This document shows positions 36,070 to 46,281 of a stretch of DNA of 64,000 nt, in pieces. How positions within the stretch are numbered: position 1 is the first letter of the stretch; each line of letters begins with the position of its first letter. The notes beneath the pieces are model-generated. The model had not been told where the DNA came from. It saw only the letters and a list, made by a program, of their open reading frames with translations, and searched no databases. The DNA comes from an uncultured Actinomycetes bacterium (lineage in GTDB: Bacteria > Actinomycetota > UBA4738 > HRBIN12), in assembly GCA_963704885.1 (NCBI GenBank), contig CAVPIB010000001.1, forward strand, positions 922,262 through 986,261. Reading direction: 5' to 3'. A program made the translations under genes and the position numbers.

Positions 36070-37247
36070 GTACGGCGATCGACGTCGACGGCATCTCGAA
36101 GGTCTTCCGGCTGTTTCGCGAACGCCCTAGCTCCATCAAGCAGCGGATGCTCTCGGGCAGGATGCGCGCCGAGGACTTCTGGGCCCTGCGCGACATCGCG
36201 TTCGAGGTCGAGGAGGGATCTTCGCTCGGGCTGATCGGACACAACGGGTCGGGCAAGACCACGCTCCTCAAGTGCATAGCGGGGATCCTGCGGCCGACGT
36301 CCGGTGTGATCCGGTACCGCGGCCGCGTCGCCGCTCTCCTCGAGCTTGGTGCCGGCTTCCACCCGGAGCTGACGGGCCGCGAGAACGTCTACCTGAACGC
36401 CTCGTTCCTGGGGCTCTCGCGCAAGGAGACCGACCGGGTCTTCGACGACATCGTGGCGTTCGCCGAGCTCCAGGACTTCATGGACAACCAGGTCAAGTTC
36501 TACTCCTCGGGGATGCTCGTGCGCCTCGGCTTCGCGGTCGCCGTTCACGTCGACCCGGACATCCTGCTGATCGACGAGGTACTCGCGGTGGGCGACGAGG
36601 CCTTCCAAGCGAAGTGCCTGGACCGCGTCAGGAGCTTTCAGGCCGAAGGTCGCACCATCGTGTTGGTGACCCACGCGCTGGACACCGTGCGCGACGTGTG
36701 CGACCGAGCGGTGATGCTCGATCACGGACGGGTCCACGCAAGAGGGTTGCCCGACGACGTGGTGCGAGAGATGCGCTACGTGCTGCTGGGGGTGACCGAC
36801 CCGGGGTTCGTGCCCGAGGAGGGGACCCGTGAGGCCGAGATCTCCTCTGTGGAGCTGATCCGCGCCTCAGGCAAGAGCGACGGACCCGTGCTCCGCGACG
36901 ACCCGCTCACCATCCAGGTCGACGTTCACGCGAACCAGCCCGTGGCCGACCTGGACGTGGATTTCGCGATCATGGACGGGGCCACCAATCACCCGATCAT
37001 GGCCGAGCGAACCTCCGCGCACGGGATCGAGGTGGACCGTTTCGACGGCAAGAAGCGCGTTCGGTTCCGGATCCCGGCGTTCCCCTACGCGGCGGGCAAG
37101 TACTGGGTCACGATCGGCCTCTCGTCGTGCGAGAACGGCCACCTGTATCACGTGCAGACGCAGCGTTACCTGTTCGAGGTGATCGAGGTTCCGCGCGTGC
37201 AGGAGCCGATCGACATCGCGGTCCAGGCTGAGGTCGAGGACCTGTGA
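36066..37247 (+). CDS. ABC transporter ATP-binding protein with C-terminal glycan-binding domain (Wzt-like)
   Basis: TTG start overlaps the permease stop. Walker A GHNGSGKTT, signature YSSGMLVRLGFA, Walker B ILLIDEVLAVGD. The roughly 150-aa C-terminal extension (IQVDVHAN...YWVTIGLSS) is typical of Wzt O-antigen-binding domains. Confidence 0.85.
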   Translation: MSTAIDVDGISKVFRLFRERPSSIKQRMLSGRMRAEDFWALRDIAFEVEEGSSLGLIGHNGSGKTTLLKCIAGILRPTSGVIRYRGRVAALLELGAGFHPELTGRENVYLNASFLGLSRKETDRVFDDIVAFAELQDFMDNQVKFYSSGMLVRLGFAVAVHVDPDILLIDEVLAVGDEAFQAKCLDRVRSFQAEGRTIVLVTHALDTVRDVCDRAVMLDHGRVHARGLPDDVVREMRYVLLGVTDPGFVPEEGTREAEISSVELIRASGKSDGPVLRDDPLTIQVDVHANQPVADLDVDFAIMDGATNHPIMAERTSAHGIEVDRFDGKKRVRFRIPAFPYAAGKYWVTIGLSSCENGHLYHVQTQRYLFEVIEVPRVQEPIDIAVQAEVEDL

Positions 37248-37300
37248 GCACCTCCGCTCCCACTCAGGTTCCCACATCGGATGAAGGGAAAGGCCACGCC

Positions 37301-37672
37301 ATGCTCATAGGACTCATCCTCGTCTCGGTATCGCTCGCGGCACTGGCCCAGCTCACCTTGAAACACGGGGTGAACCAGGCGACGGCCGAATCGGGGGCCC
37401 TTCAGCTCACGAGCGCCTCTATCAGGAACGTCGTTTCCACGCCGGCCGTGTGGGGTGGTCTGTTCCTGTTCGGCCTGTCCGCGGTCGTCTGGCTCGCGGT
37501 CCTGTCGCGGACGTCGCTCTCCTTCGCCTATCCGTTCGCCTCGCTCACGTACGTGTTGATCCTGTTGGCGGACCGGTTCGTGCTGCATGAGACGATCCCA
37601 CCCCTGCGGTGGGCGGGGGTGGCGTTCATCATGCTCGGCATCGTCTTCGTAGCCCAGACGCGCCACGCATGA
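37301..37672 (+). CDS. Small four-TM membrane protein (EamA/SMR-like, ArnE/GtrA-type candidate)
   Basis: 123 aa with four hydrophobic helices and RBS gaagggaaagg. Typical accessory small transporter of polysaccharide loci. Confidence 0.5.
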   Translation: MLIGLILVSVSLAALAQLTLKHGVNQATAESGALQLTSASIRNVVSTPAVWGGLFLFGLSAVVWLAVLSRTSLSFAYPFASLTYVLILLADRFVLHETIPPLRWAGVAFIMLGIVFVAQTRHA

Positions 37673-38538
37673 GCGAAGCGCCCCCAGCCGAGCTCGCGGT
37701 GGTGATCGTCAACTTCAACGCCGCCGACTACCTGGAGCGTTGCCTCGAGTCGCTCGAGACCCGCCGGGGCGACCTCGCCCTCGACGTCTTGGTGATCGAC
37801 AACGCTTCCCACGACGGCAGCCACGTGAGGGCGCTGGCTGCCCACCCGTGGGCCCGGCTGATCGAGAACGACCGGAACGTCTATCTCTCGCCCGCCTGGA
37901 ATCAGGGGATCAAGGCGACATCGGCGCCGTTCGTGCTGCTCCTCAACCCGGACACCGAGTGGTGGAAGGGAACCCTGGCCGACTACGTCGAGGTCGCGCG
38001 CTCCCATCCGCGCGCCGGGATAGTGGGGCCGATGGTGCGTAACACCGACGGGTCCATGTATCCGAGCGGACGGCCCTTCCCGAGCGTCGCGGACGCCGTG
38101 GGCCACGCGTTCCTCGGACCGATCTCACCGCGGAACCGGTTCACGCGCCGATACCACCTGGATGGATGGGATCGCACTGCCGAACGCCGCGTCGACTGGG
38201 TCTCGGGCTGCTGCATGCTGATCCCGCGCGCGGCGTTCGACGACGTCGGGCTCTTCGACGAGTCCTTCCTGCTTTACGGCGAGGAGCTCGACTTCGCCTC
38301 ACGGCTGCAGGACGCCGGATGGACCGTGCTCTTCACGCCGGTAGTGGAGATCCTGCACGAGCTCGGCGTGTCGACGGGTCGCTCGCGCGGCATGACGATC
38401 AGGCACTCGCAGAGCGTATATCGCTACTACCGCAAGCATCGCGCGCGAGGATGGCGGAGACTAACTCTGCCGCTCGCGTGGATCACCCTCCGACTGCGCG
38501 CGGAGTTGGCTTGGCTGATGGGGAGGTCCGCGCGATGA
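37669..38538 (+). CDS. Glycosyltransferase family 2 (WbbL-like rhamnosyltransferase candidate)
   Basis: 289 aa. LAVVIVNFNAADYLERCLESL...DNASHDGS...DTEW is the GT2 DxD-region pattern. ATGA overlap with the upstream gene. Its position next to manC and rmlD matches the mycobacterial wbbL1-manB-rmlD neighbourhood. Confidence 0.75.
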   Translation: MSEAPPAELAVVIVNFNAADYLERCLESLETRRGDLALDVLVIDNASHDGSHVRALAAHPWARLIENDRNVYLSPAWNQGIKATSAPFVLLLNPDTEWWKGTLADYVEVARSHPRAGIVGPMVRNTDGSMYPSGRPFPSVADAVGHAFLGPISPRNRFTRRYHLDGWDRTAERRVDWVSGCCMLIPRAAFDDVGLFDESFLLYGEELDFASRLQDAGWTVLFTPVVEILHELGVSTGRSRGMTIRHSQSVYRYYRKHRARGWRRLTLPLAWITLRLRAELAWLMGRSAR

Positions 38539-39557
38539 AGGCCGTCGTACTCGTCGGTGGTGAGGGAACGCGGCTCCGCCCGCTCACCGAGACCATGCCC
38601 AAGCCGCTCGTGCCGCTGATGGATCGACCGTCCCTCGACCACGTTTTGGATCACCTGGCCCGCCATGGCGTGCACGAGGTTGTGCTTTCGTCGCCGTACC
38701 TCGAGGAGACCTTCGAACCGTTCATCGATTCCCGCCATGGGGACCCTGCCATCACCTGGATCACGGAGGCGTCGCCACTCGGAACGGGCGGAGCGATCGT
38801 GAACGCGCTGGGTGCTCTCGGATCGGATGAGGCCTTCTTCGCGTTGAACGGCGACATCCTGACCGACCTGGACCTGTCGGCGATGCGCGCGTTCCACCTG
38901 GAGCGAGGCGCCGCCGTTACGATCGCCCTGCATCACGTGGAGGACACGCGGGCATTCGGTGTGGTCGCCACCCAGGACGATGGACGGGTCCTCGAGTTCC
39001 GCGAGAAGCCTCGGGAAGCCGCGTCCGGTGACATCAACGCGGGCACGTACCTGCTAGATCCGTCGGTGCTCGCGGGATGGACGAGGGGTGAGCAGATCTC
39101 CATCGAACGCGACGTCTTCCCGGAGGTGATCGGGTCAGGACACCCCGTGTTCGGGTTCCGAAACCAGGCGTACTGGCTCGACCTTGGCACACCGGCCCAG
39201 TACCTGCAGGCACACTTCGATCTGTTCGAGGGCAAGGTTCAAGGCGTCACCTACCCGTCGCCGTGGGTTGAGCCGAGCGCCGGCTTGGACCTACAGGCTC
39301 ACGTAGGACGGTGGGTCGCGATCGGCGCAGGCGTCGTGGTTGGCCCCGAGGCGCAGATCGACGACTCCGTCCTGCACGCGGGCGCGATCGTCGGCGCGGG
39401 GGCGCGCATCGTGGCATCGGTCCTGGGCCGCGGCGCGAGCGTTGGAGCCGAGGCGACGCTCATGGGTTGTGTGCTCGGCGAGGGTTCGACGGTGCCCGAG
39501 GGGTTCGCGCTCGACGGCGCGAGGGTGCCTGCCGGCACGACGGCCGTCGCGGAGTGA
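38535..39557 (+). CDS. manC: Mannose-1-phosphate guanylyltransferase-like NDP-sugar pyrophosphorylase
   Basis: 340 aa. MKAVVLVGGEGTRLRPLTETMPKPLVPL... plus a C-terminal left-handed beta-helix. Confidence 0.8.
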   Translation: MKAVVLVGGEGTRLRPLTETMPKPLVPLMDRPSLDHVLDHLARHGVHEVVLSSPYLEETFEPFIDSRHGDPAITWITEASPLGTGGAIVNALGALGSDEAFFALNGDILTDLDLSAMRAFHLERGAAVTIALHHVEDTRAFGVVATQDDGRVLEFREKPREAASGDINAGTYLLDPSVLAGWTRGEQISIERDVFPEVIGSGHPVFGFRNQAYWLDLGTPAQYLQAHFDLFEGKVQGVTYPSPWVEPSAGLDLQAHVGRWVAIGAGVVVGPEAQIDDSVLHAGAIVGAGARIVASVLGRGASVGAEATLMGCVLGEGSTVPEGFALDGARVPAGTTAVAE

Positions 39558-39616
39558 ATAACCGGTCCGGCCGTGCCGATGTGTTACGGTGCCGGCTCCT
39601 ACCGGGTACACATCCG

Positions 39617-41341
39617 ATGCGACGTATACGTTCTCTCGCAATCATCGTGGCCGTCTCGGCGGCCTTCCTCCCCGCAGGCTCCGCGTCTGCGGGCGGTTCG
39701 TTCACCCTCTACGGGTCCGGCTGGGGTCACGGGCTCGGGCTCTCGCAGTGGGGGGCGTACGGCCTGGCGAAACAGGGATGGAACGCGCGGCAGATCCTCA
39801 CCCACTTCTACAGCGGCACCAAGGTGGAGGAGGCCCAGCAGCCGCCGAAGGAGATCCGAGTCGCGCTCGCGACGGGTGTGAAGCGGATCCATCTCAAGGC
39901 GACCGGTGGTCCTGCGCGCCTGTGGGCGAAGGCCCCGGGCGGCAAACCGATCGGGACGATCGCTGAGGGGACGACCTGGACGGTGAGGGCGGTCGCCGGC
40001 TCGTATCGGGTGCTCGACGCCGCCGGGGCCGTCGTGGGCGACGATGATTGGGGCTCGCCCACGACGAACCTCTACGTGACCTACGCGGACGATGACGCTC
40101 GCGTCACCTCACCGGAGGGCGGCGCCACCTACAACCGGGGCCATCTGGAGTTCAACCTCACCGGATGTCCCGACGGATGCTCGTTGCGGTTGATCGTGCA
40201 GGTTCCGTTCGAGGAGTACCTCTTCGGCATCGGCGAGGTCCCGAGCAGCTGGCCGAAGGAATCCTTGCGGGCTCAGGCGATCGCGGCACGGAGCTTCGCT
40301 CTCTACAAGATCCGCAAGTACGGCGTGCAGGAGTCGTGCAACTGTCACGTGTACGACGGTTCGAACGACCAGGTCTACGTCGGCTGGGACAAGGAGGGTG
40401 GCACCGACGGCCACCGCTGGCGCAAGGCGGCAACCTCCACCGCGAACAAGATCGTGACGTACAAGGGCACGGTCGCGCTCACCGTGTTCACGGCCTCCGA
40501 CGGAGGTCATACCGAGGATCTGAACGTGCAGTGGGGAACCCCTTTGGCGTCGTATCCGTACCTGGCGGGCGTCTGCGATCCAGGAGAGAACACGTCGGCC
40601 AACCCGTGGACCTATTGGAGCCGTACCTTCTCGGCCGGCGCCCTTACCTCGGCGCTCTCGCCGTACACGGGCGATATCGGCACCGTGTCTGGGTTCGGCA
40701 AGGTCCGGCGCGGCGTCTCGGGCAGGATCGTTGACGCCGTGGTGCGCGGCGACTCCGGCGACGGCTCGGTCACCGGCAGCGAGCTCCGTTCGGCGCTCTC
40801 GCTCCCGGACGATCGCGTGTGGATAAACAGCGACCGGAACGTGCTCGGCGCTATCCGGACGAAGTACGACTCCGTCATGTGCGAGCCGGGACTCCCAACG
40901 TCGACCACCAAGGCATTGCCCGGCGGGAGCCGTCAGGTGTTCGCCACCGGGGCCATCTACCGCAACGTCGACTCGGATGTGACCGTGTGGCTGAAGGGCC
41001 CCACCTACCACGAGTACCTGCAGGTGGGTGGAGCGCCCGGCACCCTGGGCCTGCCCATCGGGGACCCGGTGAACCTGGCCACCGTTCGAGGGCTCTCGTG
41101 CCCGAACGGCTGTTCCCGCGTCGATTTCGCCCACGGACGGGTTCTCTGGAAGTCGGGCATCGGGGCGCACGCCTTGTGGGGAGACGTGCTCCAGGCATAC
41201 CTGGCTCGCGGCGGCGCCTCCGGCGTGCTGGGGTTCCCTACGTCACGGGTTCGGCTGGATGACGACGGAGGAGCATCGGCGACGTTCGAGCACGGAACCA
41301 TCTCGTGCTCCGGCGACACGTGTCACGCCAGGTCGAGCTGA
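39617..41341 (+). CDS. SpoIID/LytB-domain protein with C-terminal LGFP repeats
   Basis: About 575 aa. Signal peptide (LAIIVAVSAAFLPAGSASA), SpoIID/LytB core (GWGHGLGLSQWGAYG...CNCHVYDGSNDQVYVG...FTASDGGHTE) and C-terminal repeats ending GVLGFPTSRV. Confidence 0.75.
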   Translation: MRRIRSLAIIVAVSAAFLPAGSASAGGSFTLYGSGWGHGLGLSQWGAYGLAKQGWNARQILTHFYSGTKVEEAQQPPKEIRVALATGVKRIHLKATGGPARLWAKAPGGKPIGTIAEGTTWTVRAVAGSYRVLDAAGAVVGDDDWGSPTTNLYVTYADDDARVTSPEGGATYNRGHLEFNLTGCPDGCSLRLIVQVPFEEYLFGIGEVPSSWPKESLRAQAIAARSFALYKIRKYGVQESCNCHVYDGSNDQVYVGWDKEGGTDGHRWRKAATSTANKIVTYKGTVALTVFTASDGGHTEDLNVQWGTPLASYPYLAGVCDPGENTSANPWTYWSRTFSAGALTSALSPYTGDIGTVSGFGKVRRGVSGRIVDAVVRGDSGDGSVTGSELRSALSLPDDRVWINSDRNVLGAIRTKYDSVMCEPGLPTSTTKALPGGSRQVFATGAIYRNVDSDVTVWLKGPTYHEYLQVGGAPGTLGLPIGDPVNLATVRGLSCPNGCSRVDFAHGRVLWKSGIGAHALWGDVLQAYLARGGASGVLGFPTSRVRLDDDGGASATFEHGTISCSGDTCHARSS

Positions 41342-41359
41342 TCACCTTCCGCCCTCAGG

Positions 41360-42133
41360 TCAGCAGCCCGGACCCAAGTTCCCTTCGGGGGCGTTGGACG
41401 TGCAGACGAATCCCTCGATGAACCCGCGAGCGATCGTAGTTGTCTGAGGACCCGACACGGCAGCCGGACAGGTCTGCAGCTTGTTCCACGCAGTGAGCGC
41501 CAGCGCGGCGCCATCGGGCAAACCCTCGTATGGCGCCAGGATCACGTTGTCCGTGGCGTTCGCGATCGTAGTGAGCCGGGCGACCTTCGCGGCGGAGAGC
41601 GCTCCGTCACCGGATCCGCGGTAGTACATGATCACAGCCCCGTGCTCCAGGTTATGGACGGCCTTCGTCTCGAGGAGCGGCGCGTCGTAGACGTGGGGAG
41701 GGATGGGCATGGGCGACGTGTCGTGGAAGCCTGATGTGGCCGGGTGTTGGTCGTACGTGTAGCTGGCGCCGGCTTCGAGGTGCTGGTTACCCGGGGCGCT
41801 TGACACCGGGGAGTCGATGGTGCTGCAAGCCGCAGCCTCTGCCGCCTGGATCGCAGCCTCGGGGATCTCACGCGGGCTCGCGGCCCGCTGAAAGAAGAAC
41901 ACGATCCCGATGGCCACCACCGTGACCCCCGCGAAGTAGACGCCCCGCCGCAGGAGCGAGGCGCGCCTCGCTCGCTTGCGCTCGTACTCCCTCGCTCGGC
42001 GGGCCTGTTCCTTGCGTTCCCGTCGTTCGGTGCTCGCACCCGACGCACGCTGAGCTGGGACAGTGGCGCCACGCTGACCAGCGCCGCTCGATCCCGCGGC
42101 GCGGCGCGGCCTCCGCTTCTTCCTGGTCGTCAT
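41360..42133 (-). CDS. DUF3105 domain protein
   Basis: N-terminal basic segment and TM anchor, then a DUF3105-like core (HNLEHGAVIMYY...LTAWNKLQTC). Confidence 0.65.
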   Translation of the reverse strand: MTTRKKRRPRRAAGSSGAGQRGATVPAQRASGASTERRERKEQARRAREYERKRARRASLLRRGVYFAGVTVVAIGIVFFFQRAASPREIPEAAIQAAEAAACSTIDSPVSSAPGNQHLEAGASYTYDQHPATSGFHDTSPMPIPPHVYDAPLLETKAVHNLEHGAVIMYYRGSGDGALSAAKVARLTTIANATDNVILAPYEGLPDGAALALTAWNKLQTCPAAVSGPQTTTIARGFIEGFVCTSNAPEGNLGPGC

Positions 42134-42137
42134 AGCG

Positions 42138-42977
42138 CTACATCGCCGCGCCCGGCTCGCGGGCGACGCCCTCGTAGGTCCTGCCGTCGTAGACGGGGAA
42201 CTCGTACTGCGAGGTGAAATCGAAGGCAACGGCCAGATCGACGGCCGTGCAGGTCTGCAGCCGATGCCAGCTCACGAGGGCCATCTGCACGCCGGCGGGG
42301 AGCTGACCGGCCGCGCCCTCTTCCGGGTAGTCGTAGGGCGCCACGATCACTCGATCTTGACCCACGCTCGCGTCGGACGGCCGTTGACCGTAGAACGCCT
42401 TCAGGTCGGCTACCGCCTGGGGATCCGCGTCCGGGGAGTACCAGACGACGACGCCGCCGTGCTCCATGGAATGGAGCGTCTGCAGGAGTGCCGGGGGTGA
42501 CTCGTAGATCCCGTCGGGGAGCGGGTTAGCCTCGTGCGGACCTGAGGCCGGGGGGATGGTCGCGTACGTGGAAAGGGCGGGAGCGGTCGTGAACTCACCG
42601 GTTGCGCCGATGTGCGTGTGGTCGATGTCGGGGTCGTCGCCTGGGACGTCGTTGTAGTTGGCGGTCGCCTGCACCGTGTCGCACCCGGCGGACGTCTGGG
42701 CGGCCGAGGCTTGCGCAAGCAACTCGTCCGCCGAGGGGATCGATCCGCTGCCCGAACCCCCTGAGGACCCCGAGTTCGTCATGAACACGGCCACGACGGC
42801 GACCGCCACTGCGAGGACCACGAACACCAGGCCCACTCGGCGGTTCCGGCGGCGCCGTCCCATCGCCCGTTGGATCTCCTCGCGCTTTAGGCGTGCCTCC
42901 TCGCGGCGCTCGGCTTTGGTTGGGCGTCGATCTGGGTTGTCGCTCGGGCCCGATCCACCCCGGTTGGTTCCTGCCAC
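42138..42977 (-). CDS. DUF3105 domain protein (tandem paralog)
   Basis: 279 aa with the same architecture (HSMEHGGVVVWY...LVSWHRLQTC). Located 5 nt upstream of the previous paralog. Confidence 0.65.
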   Translation of the reverse strand: MAGTNRGGSGPSDNPDRRPTKAERREEARLKREEIQRAMGRRRRNRRVGLVFVVLAVAVAVVAVFMTNSGSSGGSGSGSIPSADELLAQASAAQTSAGCDTVQATANYNDVPGDDPDIDHTHIGATGEFTTAPALSTYATIPPASGPHEANPLPDGIYESPPALLQTLHSMEHGGVVVWYSPDADPQAVADLKAFYGQRPSDASVGQDRVIVAPYDYPEEGAAGQLPAGVQMALVSWHRLQTCTAVDLAVAFDFTSQYEFPVYDGRTYEGVAREPGAAM

Positions 42978-43120
42978 GTCTTGATACCTACCCTCGCTCG
43001 GCGGTGCGCAAGCTTACCGGCCCAAGCTCGCGTTGCGTCCTCGACCCTGGCTCCTTATGCTCTTGCCGCCTTCCCCGCAGGTTCGTCGGCGCGCGCCGCC
43101 GGCGCGGAAAGGGGGAGGCG

Positions 43121-44536
43121 ATGGCCACCACCGACCAGGACCGGCTGATCCACGTGGGCGAACCGGGGGACAGCGGCATAGATCGGTTCTTCCACATCAC
43201 GGAGCGCGGTTCGACGCCGCGCGCGGAGATCGTGGCCGGGTTCGCCACCTGGCTGACCATGGCCTACATCCTGTTCGTGAACCCGGCCATCCTCGGCGCG
43301 GTCACGGACAGCGCGGGAACCACGCTCGCGTTCCCACAGGTGCTGACCGTCACGGCACTCGCCGCTGGTGTGATGACCCTCGCCATGGGCCTGTACGGGA
43401 AGTATCCGTTCGCGATCGCGGCGGGTCTGGGGCTGAACGCGTTCGTCGCGTTCACGCTGGTCGGGACGCTGGGGCTCACGTGGCCGCAGGCCATGGGTGT
43501 CATCGTGGCCGAGGGCGCCATCATCGCGATCCTGGTGCTCACCGGCTTCCGTGAGGCAGTGATGAACGCCATCCCCATGGACCTGAAACGGTCGATCGGG
43601 ATCGGGATCGGACTGTTCCTGGCCATCATCGGCCTGGTCAACGGCGGAATCGTCGTCGACAGCCCCGCCACGCTGATCACCTTGAACCCCAACCTGTCGA
43701 ACCTGCACGTGCTGACGTTCGTGGTGGGCCTGGCGATCACGTCGGCCTTGGTCGCCCGGAAGATGAAGGGCGCGCTCCTGATCGGCATCCTCTCGACCAC
43801 GGTCTTCGCGATCGTGCTGAACCAGGGCTTCGGCGACTCGGCGATCTGGCAGAACGGCATCGCAAAGATCCCCTCGAAGATCGTCGAGACCCCGGACTTC
43901 TCGCTGCTCGGCAACGTCAGCTTCAGCTTCTTCGACGTGCTGGGGCTGGCGACGACCGCGGCCGTCATCCTCGCCGTCATGTTGTCGGACTTCTTCGACA
44001 CCATGGGAACGGTGGTCGGCCTGGCCGACGAGGCCGGGATGCTGGACGACGAGGGCAAGCTCCCCGGGATGAAGCGGGTGCTGTTCGTGGACTCGGTCGG
44101 TGCGGTGGCCGGTGGGCTCAGTTCTTCCTCCTCCAACACCACCTACATCGAAAGCGCCGCGGGCATCAGCGAGGGCGGCCGGACCGGTCTGACGTCGGTG
44201 GTGGTCGGTGCGCTCTTCCTGTTGGCGATCTTCTTCTCCCCGATCGCGGGAGTTATCCCTCCGGAGGCGACCGCTCCGGTGCTCGTCATCGTGGGGTACT
44301 TCATGATGCAGATGGTGGGCGAGATCAACTGGCGTGATCCCGCGATCGGCATCCCTGCGCTCCTCACGATCGTGATGATGCCGTTCACGTACTCCATCAC
44401 GAACGGCGTCGGCGCCGGGTTCCTGGCCTACGTCGTGATCAAGGTCCTGCAGGGCAAGTTCCGCGAGGTCCATCCGCTGCTCTACCTCGTGAGCGCGGTC
44501 TTCGCCTGGTACTTCTTCCACGGGTTGCTCGCTTAG
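43121..44536 (+). CDS. NCS2-family nucleobase permease (AzgA-like purine permease)
   Basis: 471 aa with RBS gggggagg, about 12 TM segments and conserved AzgA-type blocks (FHITERGSTPRAEIVAGFATWLTMAYILFVNP...). Confidence 0.85.
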   Translation: MATTDQDRLIHVGEPGDSGIDRFFHITERGSTPRAEIVAGFATWLTMAYILFVNPAILGAVTDSAGTTLAFPQVLTVTALAAGVMTLAMGLYGKYPFAIAAGLGLNAFVAFTLVGTLGLTWPQAMGVIVAEGAIIAILVLTGFREAVMNAIPMDLKRSIGIGIGLFLAIIGLVNGGIVVDSPATLITLNPNLSNLHVLTFVVGLAITSALVARKMKGALLIGILSTTVFAIVLNQGFGDSAIWQNGIAKIPSKIVETPDFSLLGNVSFSFFDVLGLATTAAVILAVMLSDFFDTMGTVVGLADEAGMLDDEGKLPGMKRVLFVDSVGAVAGGLSSSSSNTTYIESAAGISEGGRTGLTSVVVGALFLLAIFFSPIAGVIPPEATAPVLVIVGYFMMQMVGEINWRDPAIGIPALLTIVMMPFTYSITNGVGAGFLAYVVIKVLQGKFREVHPLLYLVSAVFAWYFFHGLLA

Positions 44537-44592
44537 GCAGGAGCCGAGGCAGGACCTGAGGGCGGGGCGCAGGCGCCCCGCCCTCGTTCGTG

Positions 44593-45324
44593 TCACGGCT
44601 CGATCGTGCCCGTTCGGAACAGATCCTCACCGGCGGAGCGGACCAGGTCGCGGGCTCGACCCGGAGGCGCTTCCCCTCGATCCACTCCCCGGAGCAAGGC
44701 GGCGGGAACGCCCGCGGACTTGCCCATAACCAAGCCGCTCGCCGCCGCGACCTCGTCCGCGAGCGCCACCACGGTCACCTCCAGCTCGCGCCCGAGCCGA
44801 TCCACGTCACCGCGGAGATCCATGATCGCCGGCATCCCCGCGCACCCGATCGCCACGTTGACCAAGCCGTTGCGCCACGGCCGGCCGAACGTGTCCGTCA
44901 CCACTACGCCGAGGCCCTTGACCCCCAGCCGAGCCTCGAGCGCGGAACGGATAGCCTCCGCGGAGGCGTCGGGATCTTCGGGCAGGAGCGACACGAACCC
45001 GTCCTCTACGTTCGAGGCGTCCACGCCGGCGTTGGCACAGATGAAGCCGTGCCGTGTCTCGGCGATCAAGAGGTCCCCGCGTCGCGCCACCACGCGGACG
45101 GTCTCGCGCTCGACCCACGCCGCCCGGCCGATGCCCTCGTCCGACACCACCCGGCCTTCGGCCTTCGATACGACCTTCTGGGTCACGGCCAGGACATCGC
45201 CCCTACGAGCGCCCAGCGTTCGCAACGGCTCGGCGAGCATCGAAGCCAGGTCGTCCCCTGCGGCGATCTCGGGAAGGCCCTCGACGGGCCAGATCTGGAT
45301 CGTCACGACGCCAGCTCGATGCAC
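44593..45324 (-). CDS. cofE: Coenzyme F420-0:L-glutamate ligase (single-domain CofE type)
   Basis: 243 aa ([12 protein letters not shown]...[12 protein letters not shown]...[14 protein letters not shown]). It has no C-terminal nitroreductase-like FbiB domain. Confidence 0.85.
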   Translation of the reverse strand: MHRAGVVTIQIWPVEGLPEIAAGDDLASMLAEPLRTLGARRGDVLAVTQKVVSKAEGRVVSDEGIGRAAWVERETVRVVARRGDLLIAETRHGFICANAGVDASNVEDGFVSLLPEDPDASAEAIRSALEARLGVKGLGVVVTDTFGRPWRNGLVNVAIGCAGMPAIMDLRGDVDRLGRELEVTVVALADEVAAASGLVMGKSAGVPAALLRGVDRGEAPPGRARDLVRSAGEDLFRTGTIEP

Positions 45325-46253
45325 GCGCGGGCGACCGCGGCCGCCACGCTATCGTCGCGCATCACGGTGTCGACAGCCGCCACCCGGACTCCGACCTCGT
45401 CTCGGATCCTCCCTGCGAGTCCTCGATCGCGCTCGTCGATCACCCAACCGCTCAACAGATCCGAGTAGGCCTTGGCGGCTCCGATCGACGAGACCTCCAT
45501 ACCGGCGACCGGCATCAGCTTGTCGGCCATCCCGGCGAGCGGCGCTCCGCCGACGATCGGGGAGACGCCCACGACGGGGCCCATCCGAGCTGCGACCGCT
45601 TGACGCAACCCCGGCAGAGCTAGGATCGGTCCGATCGAGACCACTGGGTTCGACGGACAGATCAGGAGGACGTCGCTCCGGCTGATCGCATCCAGGATCC
45701 CGGGCGCCGGACGAGCTTGCTCGATGCCCACCAAACGGACCGCCTTCACGTGATCGGCGGCGTGGCGCTTCACCCAGTACTCCTGGAAGTGGAGGTCCAG
45801 GGCCTCACCACGTCCGTCGACGGCATCGATGCGGGTGGTAACCGGGTCGTCGGTCATGGGACGGACATCGACCTCTAGGCCGAAGAGCTCCGAGCGGATC
45901 GACACGGTGGCTTGCGACAAGGTCCTGCCTTCCCGCAGGAGTCGGGTGCGGAGGATATGTGTAGCGAGGTCGCGGTCGCCCAGGTTGAACCACGCGTCCA
46001 CCGCGCCCGTTGCGCGCATCGCCTCCATCGCGTGGAACGTTTCGCCGGCACGACCCCAGCCGCGCTCGCGGTCCATGAGGTCCGCCAACCAGTAGCAGAC
46101 CGAGTCGACGTCCGGTGAGACGTGCAATCCGTGGACGACGATGTCGTCGCCGGTGTTGACCACGACCATCGCCGTCTGGCCGGGGAACGCGAGCTGGACG
46201 CCACGGAGGAACTTCCCCGCCCCGATCCCACCAGCCAGCGCGACGATCTCCAT
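45303..46253 (-). CDS. cofD: 2-phospho-L-lactate transferase
   Basis: About 317 aa from the [18 protein letters not shown] start. CofD-family conserved blocks ([17 protein letters not shown]). Confidence 0.85.
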   Translation of the reverse strand: MEIVALAGGIGAGKFLRGVQLAFPGQTAMVVVNTGDDIVVHGLHVSPDVDSVCYWLADLMDRERGWGRAGETFHAMEAMRATGAVDAWFNLGDRDLATHILRTRLLREGRTLSQATVSIRSELFGLEVDVRPMTDDPVTTRIDAVDGRGEALDLHFQEYWVKRHAADHVKAVRLVGIEQARPAPGILDAISRSDVLLICPSNPVVSIGPILALPGLRQAVAARMGPVVGVSPIVGGAPLAGMADKLMPVAGMEVSSIGAAKAYSDLLSGWVIDERDRGLAGRIRDEVGVRVAAVDTVMRDDSVAAAVARACIELAS

Positions 46254-46281
46254 GTCCCGATAGCGTAGTAGTCTCGCCGAG

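Noticed and set aside
43055-44596. 513-aa minus-strand ORF antisense to the NCS2 permease
   Set aside because: It is an Arg/Asp/His-rich low-complexity translation. The permease frame has an RBS, TM periodicity and family motifs.
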